Below, one piece after another: positions 14,301 to 27,332 of a stretch of 64,000 nucleotides of DNA (positions within the stretch are counted from its first letter, which is position 1; each line of letters opens with the position of its first letter). Source of the DNA: Balanoglossus misakiensis (lineage: Eukaryota; Animalia; Hemichordata); assembly GCA_040954595.2 (NCBI GenBank), contig CM082584.2, positions 4,034,110 through 4,098,109 of the forward strand, written 5' to 3'. Position numbers and translations under genes: made by a program. Below the pieces are notes generated by a model. It saw nothing but the letters and a program-made list of their open reading frames with translations, did not search any database and had not been told where the DNA came from.

Positions 14301-17300
14301 AAAAGCAGTGAAAAATTGAAATTCCTTTTTCTAGTCTAAAAATTGTTAGCACAGAAATTCTTTTTATGGATATGAATCATCATATGACTACAATGTGCTA
14401 TAAATATTTTGGTAATTTTGGCAATGACCTTTGACCTACTTATCACGCGTTATTATTTCTGCATATCTAATTCCAGGCTAACCTATAGGGCTAGACGTTT
14501 GGTTTTTGATGCATGTGGATTAGTGTGTGATCAAAATATTTTGCTACTTTTCATGACCCCTTTGACCTCTGCTGACCTCATTAATTATGTGCATAGCTAA
14601 TTACAGGCGAACCAATACAGCTAGAGGTTTGGTTTTTGTTGAACATGGACCAGTATGGGGTCAAAAATTTTTGCCCAAATGTTGGGTGACCTCTGGTGAC
14701 CTTTGACCTACTTTCGCATATCTCAACGTCCAGACCAGATACAGCCTTGGCATTTGGCAGGATGGGACCTAAATGTAAAGCCAAATTTTTGGGTCACCTG
14801 TGACACCTGCTGACCTCATTAAATATGCACATACCTAATTACACGCGAACCAATAGAGCTAGAGTTTTGGTTTTTGTTGGACATGGCCCAGCATGGGTCA
14901 AAATTTTCTGCCCAAATGTTGGGTGACCTCAGGTGACCTTTGACCTACTTTACCCTATTTCAGCCGCAAAAATACACACGTCCTTGTTATGTCATGAGAT
15001 AATACACCCGATAGAAAATTCTGTTTCTTCTCATTCATACTGTGCATATATAATTCAAGATCAGCGCTTGGGCCCGACAATGCTGCTTGCAGCTTTAATC
15101 TTTCTTTCTTTCTTTCTTTCTTTCTTTTTTCTTGTGTCAATTCTTCGGCCAACTAAATCTCTGAAACTACTGCAGGTACACTGCTCAAACTTGCTACAGT
15201 GGTCAAGGTCTATGAGTAGATGTGCAGTGACTTGTGAATACTTAATTAGTCACGTGACCAGGCGGCCATATTGGATTTTCTGAAAAAATGCAAATCTCAG
15301 ATCTCAGAAACTACAAGTCAGATCGACTTCAAATTTGGCATGCAGGTAGACTACCTTCTACCCATCATTTTTGTAATTGGAAATTTTGCTGTCAATGTTG
15401 CAGTTTTTTTGCTACAATTTTTTTTGTGAAATCTGGCTTAAATTTCAAAAATCTTCTTCTCCAGAACCGGTGATAACTGAGACACGGGGTTTGGGGTATG
15501 TGGTCACCTAACTGATGTCTATCAAGTTTGCGAAGATCATTGTGATTGGTCGAAGATTATGGCGGCCATATTGGATTTTCGAAAAACCATAGTTAAACTG
15601 CAAAAATGTTCTTCTCCAGAACGGGCAATGACTGAGTCGCAAGATTCGAGGAGTATGGTCACTACACTGATGTCTATCAAGTTTGCAAAGAGCATTGTGA
15701 TTGGTCGAAGATTATGGCGGCCATATTGGATTTTGTAAAAAGCAGTGAAAAATTGAAATTCCTTTTTCTAGTCTAAAAATTGATAGCATACAAATTCTTT
15801 TTATGGATATCAATCGTCATGTGACTAAAAAATGCTACAATTTTTTGGCGATTTTTCACATGACCTTTGACCTACTTATCACGCTTTATTATTTCTGCAT
15901 ATCTAATTCCAGGCTAACCTATAAGGCTAGACGTTTGGTTTTTGATGAATGTGGATTAGTGTGTGATCAAAATATTTTGCTACTTTTCATGACCCCTTTG
16001 ACCTCTGCTGACCTCATTAATTATGTGCATAGCTAATGACAGGCGAACCAATAGAGCTAGAGGTTTGGTTTTTGTTGGACATGGACCAGTATGGGATCAA
16101 AATTTTTTGCCCAAATGTTGGGTGACCTCAGGTGACCTTTGACCTACTTCACCCTATTTCAGCAGCAAAAATACACACATCCTTTTTATGTCATGAGATA
16201 ATACATCCGCTAGAAAATTCTGTTTCTTCTCATTCATACTGTGCATATATAATTCAAGATCAGCGCTTGGGCCCGACAATTCTGCTCGCAGCTTTAATTC
16301 TTTCTTTCTTTCTTTATTCTCCTGTCAATTCTTCGGCCAACTAAATCTCAGAAACTACTGCAGGTACACTGCTCAAACTTGCTACAGTGGTCAAGGTCAA
16401 TAAGTAGATGTGCAGTGATTTGTGAATACTTAATTAGTCACGTGACTTGGCGGCCATATTGGATTTTCTGAAAAAATGCAAATCTCAGATCTCAGAAACT
16501 ACAAGTCAGATCGACTTCAAATTTGGCATGCAGGTAGACTACCTTCTACTCATCATTTTTGTAATTGGAAATTTTGCTGTCAATGTTGCAGTTTTTTTGC
16601 TACAATTTTTTTTCTGAAATCTGGCTTAAATTTCAAAAATCTTCTTCTCCAGAACCAGTGATAACCGAGACACGCGGTTTAGGGTATGTGGTCACCTAAC
16701 TGATGTCTATCAAGTTTGCGAAGATCATTGTGATTGGTCGAAGATTATGGCGGCCATATTGGATTTTCGAAAAACCATAGTTAAACTCCTAAAATCTTCT
16801 TCTCCAGAACGGGCGATGACTGAGTCGCAAGATTCGGGGAGTATGGTCACTACACTGATGTCTATCATGTTTGCAAAGAGCATTGTGATTGGTCAAAGAT
16901 TATGGCGGCCATATTGGATTTTGTAAAAAGCAGCGAAAAATTGAAAATCCTTTTTCTAGTCTAAAAATTGATAGCATACAAATTCTTTTTATGGATATCA
17001 ATCGTCATGTGACTAAAATATGTTACAATTTTTTGGCGATTTTTCACATGACCTTTGACCTACCTATCACGCGTTATTATTTTTGCATATCTAATTCCAG
17101 GCTAACCTTTAGGGCTAGACATTTGGTTTTTGATGAATGTGGATTAGTGTGTGATCGAAATATTTTGCTACTTTTCATGACCCCTTTGACCTCTGCTGAC
17201 CTCATTAATTATGTGCATAGCTAATTACAGGCGCACCGATAGAGCTAGAGGTTTGGTTTTTGTTGGACATGGACCAGTATGGGATCACCATTTTTTGCCG

Positions 17301-20300
17301 AAATGTTGGGTGACCTCTGGTGACCTTTGACCTACTTTCGCATATCTCAGCATCCAGAGCAGATACAGCCATGGCATTTGGTAGGATGGGACCAAAATGT
17401 AAAGCCACATTTTTGGGTCACCTGTAACACCTGCTGACCTCATTAAATATGCACATACCTAATTACAGGTGAACCAATAGAGCCAGAGTTTTGGTTTTTG
17501 TTGGACATGGACCAGTATGGGTAAAAAAAATTGCCCAAATGTTGGGTGACCTCAGGTGACCTTTGACCTACTTCACCCTATTTCAGCAGCAAAAATACAC
17601 ACATCCTTGTTATGTCATCAGATAATACATCCGATAGAAAATTCTGTTTCTTCTCATTCATACTGTGCATATATAATTCAAGATCAGCGCTTGGGCCCGA
17701 CAATGCTGCTCGCAGCTTTAATTAGGGCCCAAGCGCATACCAGCGCTTGGGCCCTATTGGTTTCGTCTGGGTTTTTCTGTCTTTCCTTCTTTCTTCTTTC
17801 TTTCTTTATTCTTGTGTCAATTCTTTGTCGCTCTAGATCTCAGACACCGCTGCAGGTACACTTCTGAAACTTGCTACAGTGGTCAAGGTCAATGAGTAGT
17901 CGTGCATTGAACCTGTGAATTTTTAATTAGTCACGTGACCTGGCGGCCATCTTGGATTTTCTAAAAAAATGCAAATCTCAGATCTCAGAAACTACAAGTC
18001 AGATCAACTTCAAATTTGGCATGCTGGTAGACTACCTTTTGCCTATCATTTTTGTAATTGGAAATTATGCTGACAATGTTGCAGTTTTTTTGCTACAATT
18101 TTTTTTCTGAAATCTGGCTTAAATTTCAAAAATCTTCTTCTCCAGAACCGACGATAACCGAGTCACGCCGTTTGGGGTATGTGGTCACCTAACAGATGTC
18201 TATCAAGTTTGCGAAGATCATTGTGATTGGTCGAAGATTATGGCGGCCATATTGGATTTTCGAAAAACCATAGTAAAACTTCAAAAATCTTCTTCTCCAG
18301 AACTGGCGATAACCGAGTCACAAGATTTGGTGTGTGTGATCATTAAACAGATGTCTATCAAGTTTGCGAAGGGGAATGTGATTGGTCGAAGATTATGGCG
18401 GCCATATTGGATTTTGTGAAAAACGATTAAAAAGTAAAAATTCCTTTTCTAGCCTAAAAATTGATAGCACAGAAATTCTTTTTATGGATATGAATCATCA
18501 TATGACAAGAATAAGCTATAAATATTTTGGTAATTTTGGCAATGACCTTTGACCTACTTTTGACGAATCATTTTTCTGCATATCTAATTCCAGGCTAACC
18601 AATAGGGCTATAAGTTTGGTTTTTGATGTATGTGGATTTGTACGTGATCAAAAAATTTTGCTACTTTTCATGACCCCTTTGACCTCTGGTGACCTCATTA
18701 AATATGCGCATACCTAATTACAGATTAACCAATAGACCTAAAGGTTTGGGGTTTTTTGGACATGGATCAGTATGGGGTCAAAATATTTTGCCCAAATGTT
18801 GGGTGACCTCCGGTGACCTTTGACCTACTTTTGCATATCTCGGCATCCAAAGCAGGTACAGCCTTGGCATTTGCAGATATGGGGCCATAATGAAAAGCCA
18901 AAGTTTTGGGTCACCTGTGACCTCTGCTGACCTCATTAATTATGTGCATAACTGATTACAGGTGAACCAATACAGCTAGAGGTCTGGTTTTTATTGGACA
19001 TGGACCACTATGGGTAAACATTTTCTGCCCAAATTTTGGGTGACCTCAGATGACCTTTGACCTACTTTTGCATATCTCGGCATCCAAAGCAGGTACAGCC
19101 TTGGCATTTGGAGATATGGGGCCATAATGAAAAGCCAATGTTTTGGGTCACCTGTGACACCTGCTTAACTCATTATTTATGTACATACCTAATTCCGGGC
19201 TAACCAAAAGGGCTAGAGGTCTGGTTTTTATTGGACATGGACCACTATGGGTCAAAATATTCTCCTCAAATTGTGGGTGACCCCTGGGTGCCTTTGACCT
19301 ACTTAACACTATATCAGCACCAAACATAGATATAACCTTGATAGATCTTGGGATAAAACACAGCATTATGTTTCTATTCATTAATTATGTGCATATCTAA
19401 TAATCAGATCAGATAATAGAGCTTGGGCCCGGACAATGCTGCTTGCAGCTTTAATCTTTCTTTCTTTCTTTCTTTCTTTCTTTTTTCTTGTGTCAATTCT
19501 TCGGCCAACTATATCTCTGAAACTACTGCAGGTACACTGCTCAAACTTGCTACAGTGGTCAAGGTCTATGAGTAGATGTGCAGTGACTTGTGAATACTTA
19601 ATTAGTCACGTGACCTGGCGGCGATATTGGATTTTCTGAAAAAATGCAAATCTCAGATCTCAGAAACTACAAGTCAGATCGACTTCAAATTTGACATGCA
19701 GGTAGACTACCTTCTACCCATCATTTTTGTAATTGGATATTTTGCTGTCAATGTTGCAGTTTTTTTGCTACAATTTTTTTTCTGAAATCTGGCTTAAATT
19801 TAAAAAATCTTCTTCTCCAGAACCGGTGATAACCGAGACACAGGGTTTGGGGTATGTGGTCACCTAACTGATGTCTATCAAGTTTGCGAAGATCATTGTG
19901 ATTGGTCGAAGATTATGGCGGCCATATTGGATTTTCGAAAAACCATAGTTAAACTGCAAAAATCTTCTTCTCCAGAACGGGCGATGACTTAGTCGCAAGA
20001 TTCGAGGAGTATGGTCACTACACTGATGTCTATCAAGTTTGCAAAGAGCATTGTGATTGGTCGAAGATTATGGCGGCCATATTGGATTTTGTAAAAAGCA
20101 GTGAAAAATTGAAATTCCTTTTTCTAGTCTAAAAATTGATAGCATACAAATTCTTTTTATGGATATCAATCGTCATGTGACTAAAATGTGTTACAATTTT
20201 TTGGCGATTTTTCACATGACCTTTGACCTACTTATCACGCGTTATTATTTCTGCATATCTAATTCCAGGCTAACCTGTAGGGCTAGACGTTTGGTTTTTG

Positions 20301-23300
20301 ATGAATGTGGATTAATGTGTGATCAAAATATTTTGCTACTTTTCATGACCCCTTTGACCTCTGCTGACCTCATTAATTATGTGCATAGCTAATTACAGGC
20401 GAACCAATAGAGCTAGAGGTTTGGTTTTTGTTGGACATGGACCAGAATGGGATCAAAATTTTTTGCCCAAATGTTGCGTGACCTCTGGTGACCTTTGACC
20501 TACTTTCGCATATCTCAGCATCCAGAGCAGATACAGCCATGGCATTTGGTAGGATGGGACCAAAATGTAAAGCCACATTTTTGGGTCAACTGTGACACCT
20601 GCTGACCTCATTAAATATGCACATACCTAATTACACGCAAACCGATAGAGCTAGAGTTTTGGTTTTTATTGGACATTATGGGTAAAAAAAAATTACCCAA
20701 ATGTTGGGTGACCTCAGGTGACCTTTGACCTACTTCACCCTATTTCAGCAGCAAAAATACACACATCCTTGTTATGTCATGAGATAATACATCCGATAGA
20801 AAATTCTGCTTCTTCTCATTCACACTGTGCATATATAATTCAAGATCAGCGCTTGGGCCCGACAATGCTGCTCGCAGCTTTAATTAGGGCCCAAGCGCGC
20901 ACAAGCGCTTGGGCCCTATTGGTTTCGTTGGAATTTTTAGGGCCCAAGCGCACGCAAGCGCTTGGGCCCTATTGGTTTCGTTGGGGTTTTTCTTTCTTTC
21001 TTTCTTTCTTTTTTCTTGTGTCAATTCTTCGGCCAACTAAATCTCTGAAACTACTGCAGGTACACTGCTCAAACTTGCTACAGTGGTCAAGGTCTATGAG
21101 TAGATGTGCAGTGACTTGTGAATACGTAATTAGTCATGTGACCTGGCGGCCATATTGGATTTTCTGAAAAAATGCAAATCTCAGATCTCAGAAACTACAA
21201 GTCAGATCGACTTCAAATTTGGCATGCAGGTAGACTACCTTCTACCCATCATTTTTGTAATTGGATATTTTGCTCTCAATGTTGCAGTTTTTTTGCTACA
21301 ATTTTTTTTCTGAAATCTGGCTTAAATTTCAAAAATCTTCTTCTCCAGAACCGGTGATAACCGAGACACGGGGTTTGGGGTATGTGGTCACCTAACTGAT
21401 GTCTATCAAGTTTGCGAAGATCATTGTGATTGGTCGAAGATTATGGCGGCCATATTGGATTTTCGAAAAACCATAGTTAAACTCCAAAAATCTTCTTCTC
21501 CAAAACGGGCGTTGACTGAGTCGCAAGATTCGGGGAGTATGGTCACTACACTGATGTCTATCAAGTTTGCAAAGAGCATTGTGATTGGTCGAAGATTATG
21601 GCGGCCATATTGGATTTTGTAAAAAGCAGTGAAAAATTGAAATTCCTTTTTCTAGTCTAAAAATTGATAACATACAAATTCTTTTTATGGATATCAATCG
21701 TCATGTGACTAAAATATGTTAAAATTTTTTGGCGATTTTTCACATGACCTTTGACCTACTTATCACACGTTATTATTTCAGCATATCTAAGTCCAGGCTA
21801 ACCTATAGGACTAAACGTTTGGTTTTTGATGAATGTGGATTAGTGTGTGATCAAAATATTTTGCTACTTTTCATGACCCCTTTGACCTCTGCTGACCTCA
21901 TTAATTATGTGCATAGCTAAATACAGGCGAACCAATAGAGCTAGAGGTTTGGTTTTTGTTGGACACAGACCAGTATGAGATCAAAAATTTTTGCCCAAAT
22001 GTTGCGTGACCTCTGGTGACCTTTGACCTACTTTCGCATATCTCAGCATCCAGAGCAGATACAGCCATGGCATTTGGTAGGATGGGACCAAAATGTAAAG
22101 CCACATTTTTGAGTCACCTGTGACACCTGCTGACCTCATTAAATATGCACATACCTAATTACAGGCGAACCAATAGAGCTAGAGTTTTGTTTTTTGTTGG
22201 ACATGGACCAGTATGGGATCAAAATTTTTTGCCCAAATGTTGCGTGACCTCTGGTGACCTTTGACCTACTTCACCCTATTTCAGCAGCAAAAATACACAC
22301 ATCCTTGTTATGTCATCAGATAATACATACGATAGAAAATTCTGTTTTTTCTCATTCATACTGTGCATATATAATTCAAGATCAGCGCTTGGGCCCGACA
22401 ATGCTGCTTGCAGCTTTAATTCTTTCTTTCTTTCTTTATTCTTGTGTCAATTCTTCGGCCAACTAAATCTCTGAAACTACTGCAGGTACACTGCTCAAAC
22501 TTGCTACAGTGGTCAAGGTCAATGAGTAGATGTGCAGTGACTTGTGAATACTTAATTAGTCACGTGACCTGGCGGCCATATTGGATTTTCTGAAAAAATG
22601 CAAATCTCAGATCTCAGAAACTACAAGTCAGATCGACTTCAAATTTGGCATGCAGGTAGACTACCTTCTACCCATCATTTTTGTAATTGGATATTTTGCT
22701 GTCAATGTTGCAGTTTTTCTGCTACAATTGTTTTTCTGAAATATGGCTTAAATTTCAAAAATCTTCTTCTCCAGAACCGGTGATAACTGAGACACGGGGT
22801 TTGGGGTATGTGGTCACCTAACCGATGTCTATCAAGTTTGCGAAGATCATTGTGATTGGTCGAAGATTATGGCGGCCATATTGGATTTTCAAAAAAACAC
22901 AGTTAAACTCCAAAAATCTTATTCTCCAGAACGGGCGATGACTGAGTGGCAAGATTCGGGTAGTACGGTCACTACACTGATGTCTATCAAATTTCCAAAG
23001 AGCATTGTGATTGGTCGAAGATTATGGCGGCCATATTGGATTTTGTAAAAAGCAGTGAAAAATTGAAATTCCTTTTTCTAGTCTAAAAATTGATAGCATA
23101 GCAATTCTTTTAATGGATATCAATCGTCATGTGACTAAAATATGTTACAATTTTTGGGGGATTTTTCACATGACCTTTGACCTACTTATCACGCGTTAAT
23201 ATTTCAGCATATCTAATTCCAGGCTAACCTATAGGGCTAGACTTTTGGTTTTTGATGCATGTGGATTAGTGTGTGATCAAAATATTTTGCTACTTTTCAT

Positions 23301-23845
23301 GACCCCTTTGACCTCTGCTGACCTCATTAATTATGTGCATAGCTAATTACAGGCGAACCAATAGAGCTAGAGGTTTGGTTTTTGTTGGACATGGACCAGT
23401 ATGGGATCAAAATTTTTTGCCCAAATTTTGGGTGACCTCTGGTGACCTTTGACCTACTTTCGCATATCTCAGCATCCAGAGCAGATACAGCCATGGCATT
23501 TGGCAGGATGGGACCAAAATGTAAAGCCACATTTTTGGGTCACCTGTGACACCTGCTGACCTCATTAAATATGCACATACCTAATTACAGGCGAACCAAT
23601 AGAGCTACAGTTTTGGTTTTTGTTGGACATGGACCAGTATGGGTAAAAAAAAAATTGCCCAAATGTTGGGTGACCTCAGGTGACCTTTGACCTACTTCAC
23701 CCTATTTCAGCAGCAAAATACACACATCCTTGTTATGTCATGAGATAATACATCCGATAGAAAATTATGTTTCTTCTCATTCATACTGTGCATATATAAT
23801 TCAAGATCAGCGCTTGGGCCCGACAATGCTGCTCGCAGCTTTAAT

Positions 23846-25077
23846 TCTTTATTATTCTTCTTCTTCTTCTTCTTCTTCCGAGAAATTCGGCCAGGTAGAT
23901 CTGGAAAACCGCTGCACCTAGGGGGCTGAAACTTGGTAGGGTGATAGGGGCCAATGAGTAGACGTGCAGTGGACCGTGAATCTTTAATTAGTCACGTGAC
24001 CTGGTGGCCATATTGGATTTCCTGAAAATCGTTAAACGAGTCCTTCTCAAAAACTACTGGGCCGATCGAGTTCAAATTTGGTGTGCAGGTAGCCTACCTT
24101 CTGTCCATCATTTTACTCCATTAAAATCATGACGTCATAGATACAGTTTTTTTGCTACAATTTTTTTTCTGAAAAACTACTTAAAACTTTAAAAATCTTC
24201 TTCTCCAGAACCAGCGATTGCCGAGTCACGGGATTCGGGGTATGTGGTCAACTAACCTATGTCTATCAAGTTTGCGAAGCGCACTGTGATTGGTCGATCA
24301 TTATGGCGGCCATGTTGGATTTTCGGGAAACCATTGAAAACTGAAAATTCTGTTTTGTAGCCAAAATGTTGACAGCACGTAAATTCTTTTTTTGGATATG
24401 AGTCATCATATGACCGGAAGTTGTCACAATTTTTCGGGGCAATTTTTACATGACCTTTGACCCAGTTTTAAAACAACTAATTATATATGCATATTCCCCA
24501 TACCTCCTCTTGTCAAAGCACCACAGTCATGAATTTTGTGGACATGGGTACCAATGCTGCCAGGACATGACACAAATATTTCGGTAATTTTGGCAATGAC
24601 CCTTGACCTATTTCTGAAACATCATTTTTCTGCATATCTAATTCCAGGCTAACCAATAGGGCTAGAGGTCTGGTTTTAGTTGGACATGGGCCACTCTGGG
24701 GTCAAAATTTTATGCCCAAATTTTGGGTGACCTTGGATGACCTTTGATCTACTTTCCCATATCTCAGCATCCACAGCAGTTAGAGTCCTGGCTTTTGGGA
24801 GGCCGATGGAGCACATATGGAGTCTTACACAAGACCTCATTAATTATGCGCATACCTAATTCTAGGCGAACCAATAGAGCTAGGGGTCTGGTTTTTGTTG
24901 GACCTAGACTAGTATGGGGTCCGATTTCCCCCCCCCCCCCCCCAAATTTGGGGTGACCTCATGTGACCTTTGACCTACTTTCCAATATCTTGGTATCCAC
25001 AGCAGATACAGCCTTGGCATTTGCTGGTTACCATGGGAACCGCTTGTGCCCCGCTAACGCTGCTTGCAGCTTTAATT
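23846..25077 (+). mobile_element. Body and tail of the outermost, most divergent HINE-like element, whose head is at 1858-1909
   Basis: Tail subTIR GCTTGTGCCCC (~25042-25052) is the reverse complement of GGGGCACAAGC, found only in the head at 1858. The body diverges from the other 15. Confidence 0.85.
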
Positions 25078-25933
25078 TTGATCAAAACCATCTGGCTTAC
25101 GCGTTCATGGCACACTTTCGACTCATATCGAAGTCTTGAGAATCATGGGTATATTCTTCAGAATTGTCATACTTCATTCATACTGGGATGGAATTTTGAA
25201 ATCACTACATTGTATTATATGGTTGTCATTTGCATACTTACCCGAGTTAAATATACTATTCCACGTTCACCGGGATCATACAAAATAAACATAATATGTC
25301 TAGTACTCGGTCCAAACACAAGACAGAATTGAGGTTTAACAGCTCATTGGACGTTCTTTGCCTGGGAATGTTCAAGAAATTGTGTTATTATACAAATTAT
25401 TTGAACTCAATGCCATGAGACATTTGGCAGCTTCATTTGCACAAATATATCACTAATTTGCTGCACATCATTTTAGAGTTTATAAACAGAGTTGTAAAAT
25501 TTTGCCAATGCTAAACGTGTTAGTCAAGAATCTAAGTACAGTTAATGTCATCACATATGAACAGGTATATTAGTGCCAAGTGTGGAATATTATTTCCTTC
25601 TATATCATGGACTAGGCATTGGTGAGATCCGATTATTAAATGAGGTGTTATTTTTATCATGTCACTTTTAGGGTATAACTTCCTTCACAGAAGAGCACAA
25701 TGCTGTATTTTTGTTATAAAACTTTGTTCTGTACTGTAGTTGTGTATATTTGACATCTCCATTTAATTTAATAATATTTAACTGTTGGCAACCAACAGTG
25801 GTTTGGCGTCACTGAACATCAAAATTATTATTAGCTGCACAACGTGTACCACACACTTGTGGGAGTGAAATCATTTCGTGAACAGTAATGGGAAAACTAA
25901 TACATGTAATACTACACATTTATATTTATCCAG

Positions 25934-26000
25934 GTATTGTGACAGGCCATCTTATTATGCACAAGTGAAGAAAGAATTGGCTGCAAAAGGAGTGGTGTAA
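25934..26000 (+). CDS. TRIM-DTC paralog 1, terminal exon
   Basis: ATCCAG acceptor; a phase-2 join to 490 gives (G)YCDRPSYYAQVKKELAAKGVV*, the Deltex C-terminal EL..KG helix. Colinear with 36086-36152. Confidence 0.85.
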
Positions 26001-26310
26001 ATGTCAAGACGCCCTCACAACGTGGTTGTAGCCACCACATGGAATGCATAATGAGAAAGACCTCAAGTGAATGTCAAGTACTACGTGACGAATAGTCATT
26101 CTCTCTCAAATTATTTGGAGTTTTAGAAATATTTTATTGTATTATACAGATAAAGATTTGGTAAAGGAAAGCTAGTGTAGAATAGGATTTTGTCAAGAAA
26201 AATGTAGAAGATAAGGATTACTCTGTGTGTAGTCACGGTATATTTCAAGTACAGAATTATCGCTGATCTGGTTCTGTTCATTTGGGATAATTGCATAGTA
26301 ATAAACTCTA

Positions 26311-26609
26311 TTCTTCGCTATCAAATGACGTCAGACGCGCTCAGGTGGCAGTTGCATTCGCATTCACATTTCCAGATGACGGGCAACTTCAGCAACGTGG
26401 ACTTACGTGGTGCAGACAAAGACTGTGCAGACGAAATGCAAAGAGGCAGATGAGGCAACATACCCGATACATGTTATGTGTTTGGCGGTTCTAAAGTAAA
26501 AACATACTCGGAAAAACTTTTACTGGATGCCGAAATATTGCTTGCCCGTCATCTGGAAATGCCAGCGCCATGTGACACATTGCCAGATCACGTGATTGAT
26601 AGTAAAGAA
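26311..26609. mobile_element. MITE-like insertion
   Basis: Imperfect TIRs TTCTTCGCTATCAA / TTGATAGTAAAGAA with TA on both sides. Absent from the paralog (CTCTATAAAACTC at ~36458). Confidence 0.7.
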
Positions 26610-27332
26610 TAAAACTCTCAGCACAGTACATGTAGCCTTAGCACACTCGACATTTGGTCAGAAATACCACATTATCCCCAAGTACAACGAATACTAATTG
26701 TTTTTTACCCATTGATTTGTAAAATAAAAGAAGTTCATTTTTCTTATACTCAGCACTCAAATCTAATTCTTGCATATATCCAAGTTATTTTACACAGTGA
26801 ATGGGGTTTTAACACATTACTACACCGAATATAGATTTGAAAGCCGTGTCAATTTTTGCACAAATAATTCTAAAGATTTTTAAATTCCATCAACGCGAAT
26901 GATATCAATTTATCATATGATAATATGGTTTCTTGAACATAATCTAACAAGTAACATTTTTTTTTTCAATTATGTACATAAAATTTGTAACATGGGAAAT
27001 AAATTACCAATAAAAACCAATACTCATGGCTTTGTTACATCTGTAAATCTAATAAAGCTATTGTCTCCAAAGTTTTCATCTCAGCCACACATTCTTACAA
27101 GAGGAAAAACTCAATTGCTCAGTGATTCGTTGTATACTTTTAAAGAAATAACAAAAGTTTTAATACATCTCTATTATGCATACACTTTTATTTTTCATCC
27201 CCTAATTTCCCAGTCGTACTTCTGCATTTAGTTAATGTCGGATCCTATGTATCTTGCTAATAATCTGTTCTGAACCTCTAGGCTAACACGTATCTAACTT
27301 TATATTAAGCTAGAAACAAGTGATATTCTGTT

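Larger units (their letters stand above)
1858..25077 (+). mobile_element. Nested stack of 16 non-autonomous Helentron (HINE/DINE-1-like) elements, each ~1.15-1.75 kb, all in the same orientation
   Basis: Head = hairpin AGGGCCCAAGC(GC)..GCTTGGGCCCT followed by a T/(TTTC)n tract. Tail = subterminal IR GCTTGGGCCCG + stem-loop GCTGC-TT-GCAGC + TTTAA. The paralog's empty site GTATAGTT/TTGATTG (35153-35167) shows insertion into a T-run. This is the subTIR + palindrome + microsatellite + 3' hairpin layout of DINE-1/HINEs. Confidence 0.85.

Noticed and set aside
12131-17721. Block duplication explaining near-identical bodies 8 and 11
   Set aside because: Their neighbouring units and following heads differ. 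They are better explained as sibling insertions pairing with identical heads 4 and 3.
1943-24956. Many recurring 60-180 aa ORFs (e.g. MQISDLRNYKSD.., MTFDLLHPIS..) as a tandem gene family
   Set aside because: No recognisable domains, and stops and frameshifts vary between copies; they are translations of the non-coding repeat.
2341-25077. Ordinary ~1.4 kb satellite or head-to-tail rolling-circle concatemer
   Set aside because: Ten of the 15 internal junctions have no head and two have two heads; surplus heads are piled at the left and the totals balance. Simple tandem amplification would give uniform junctions.
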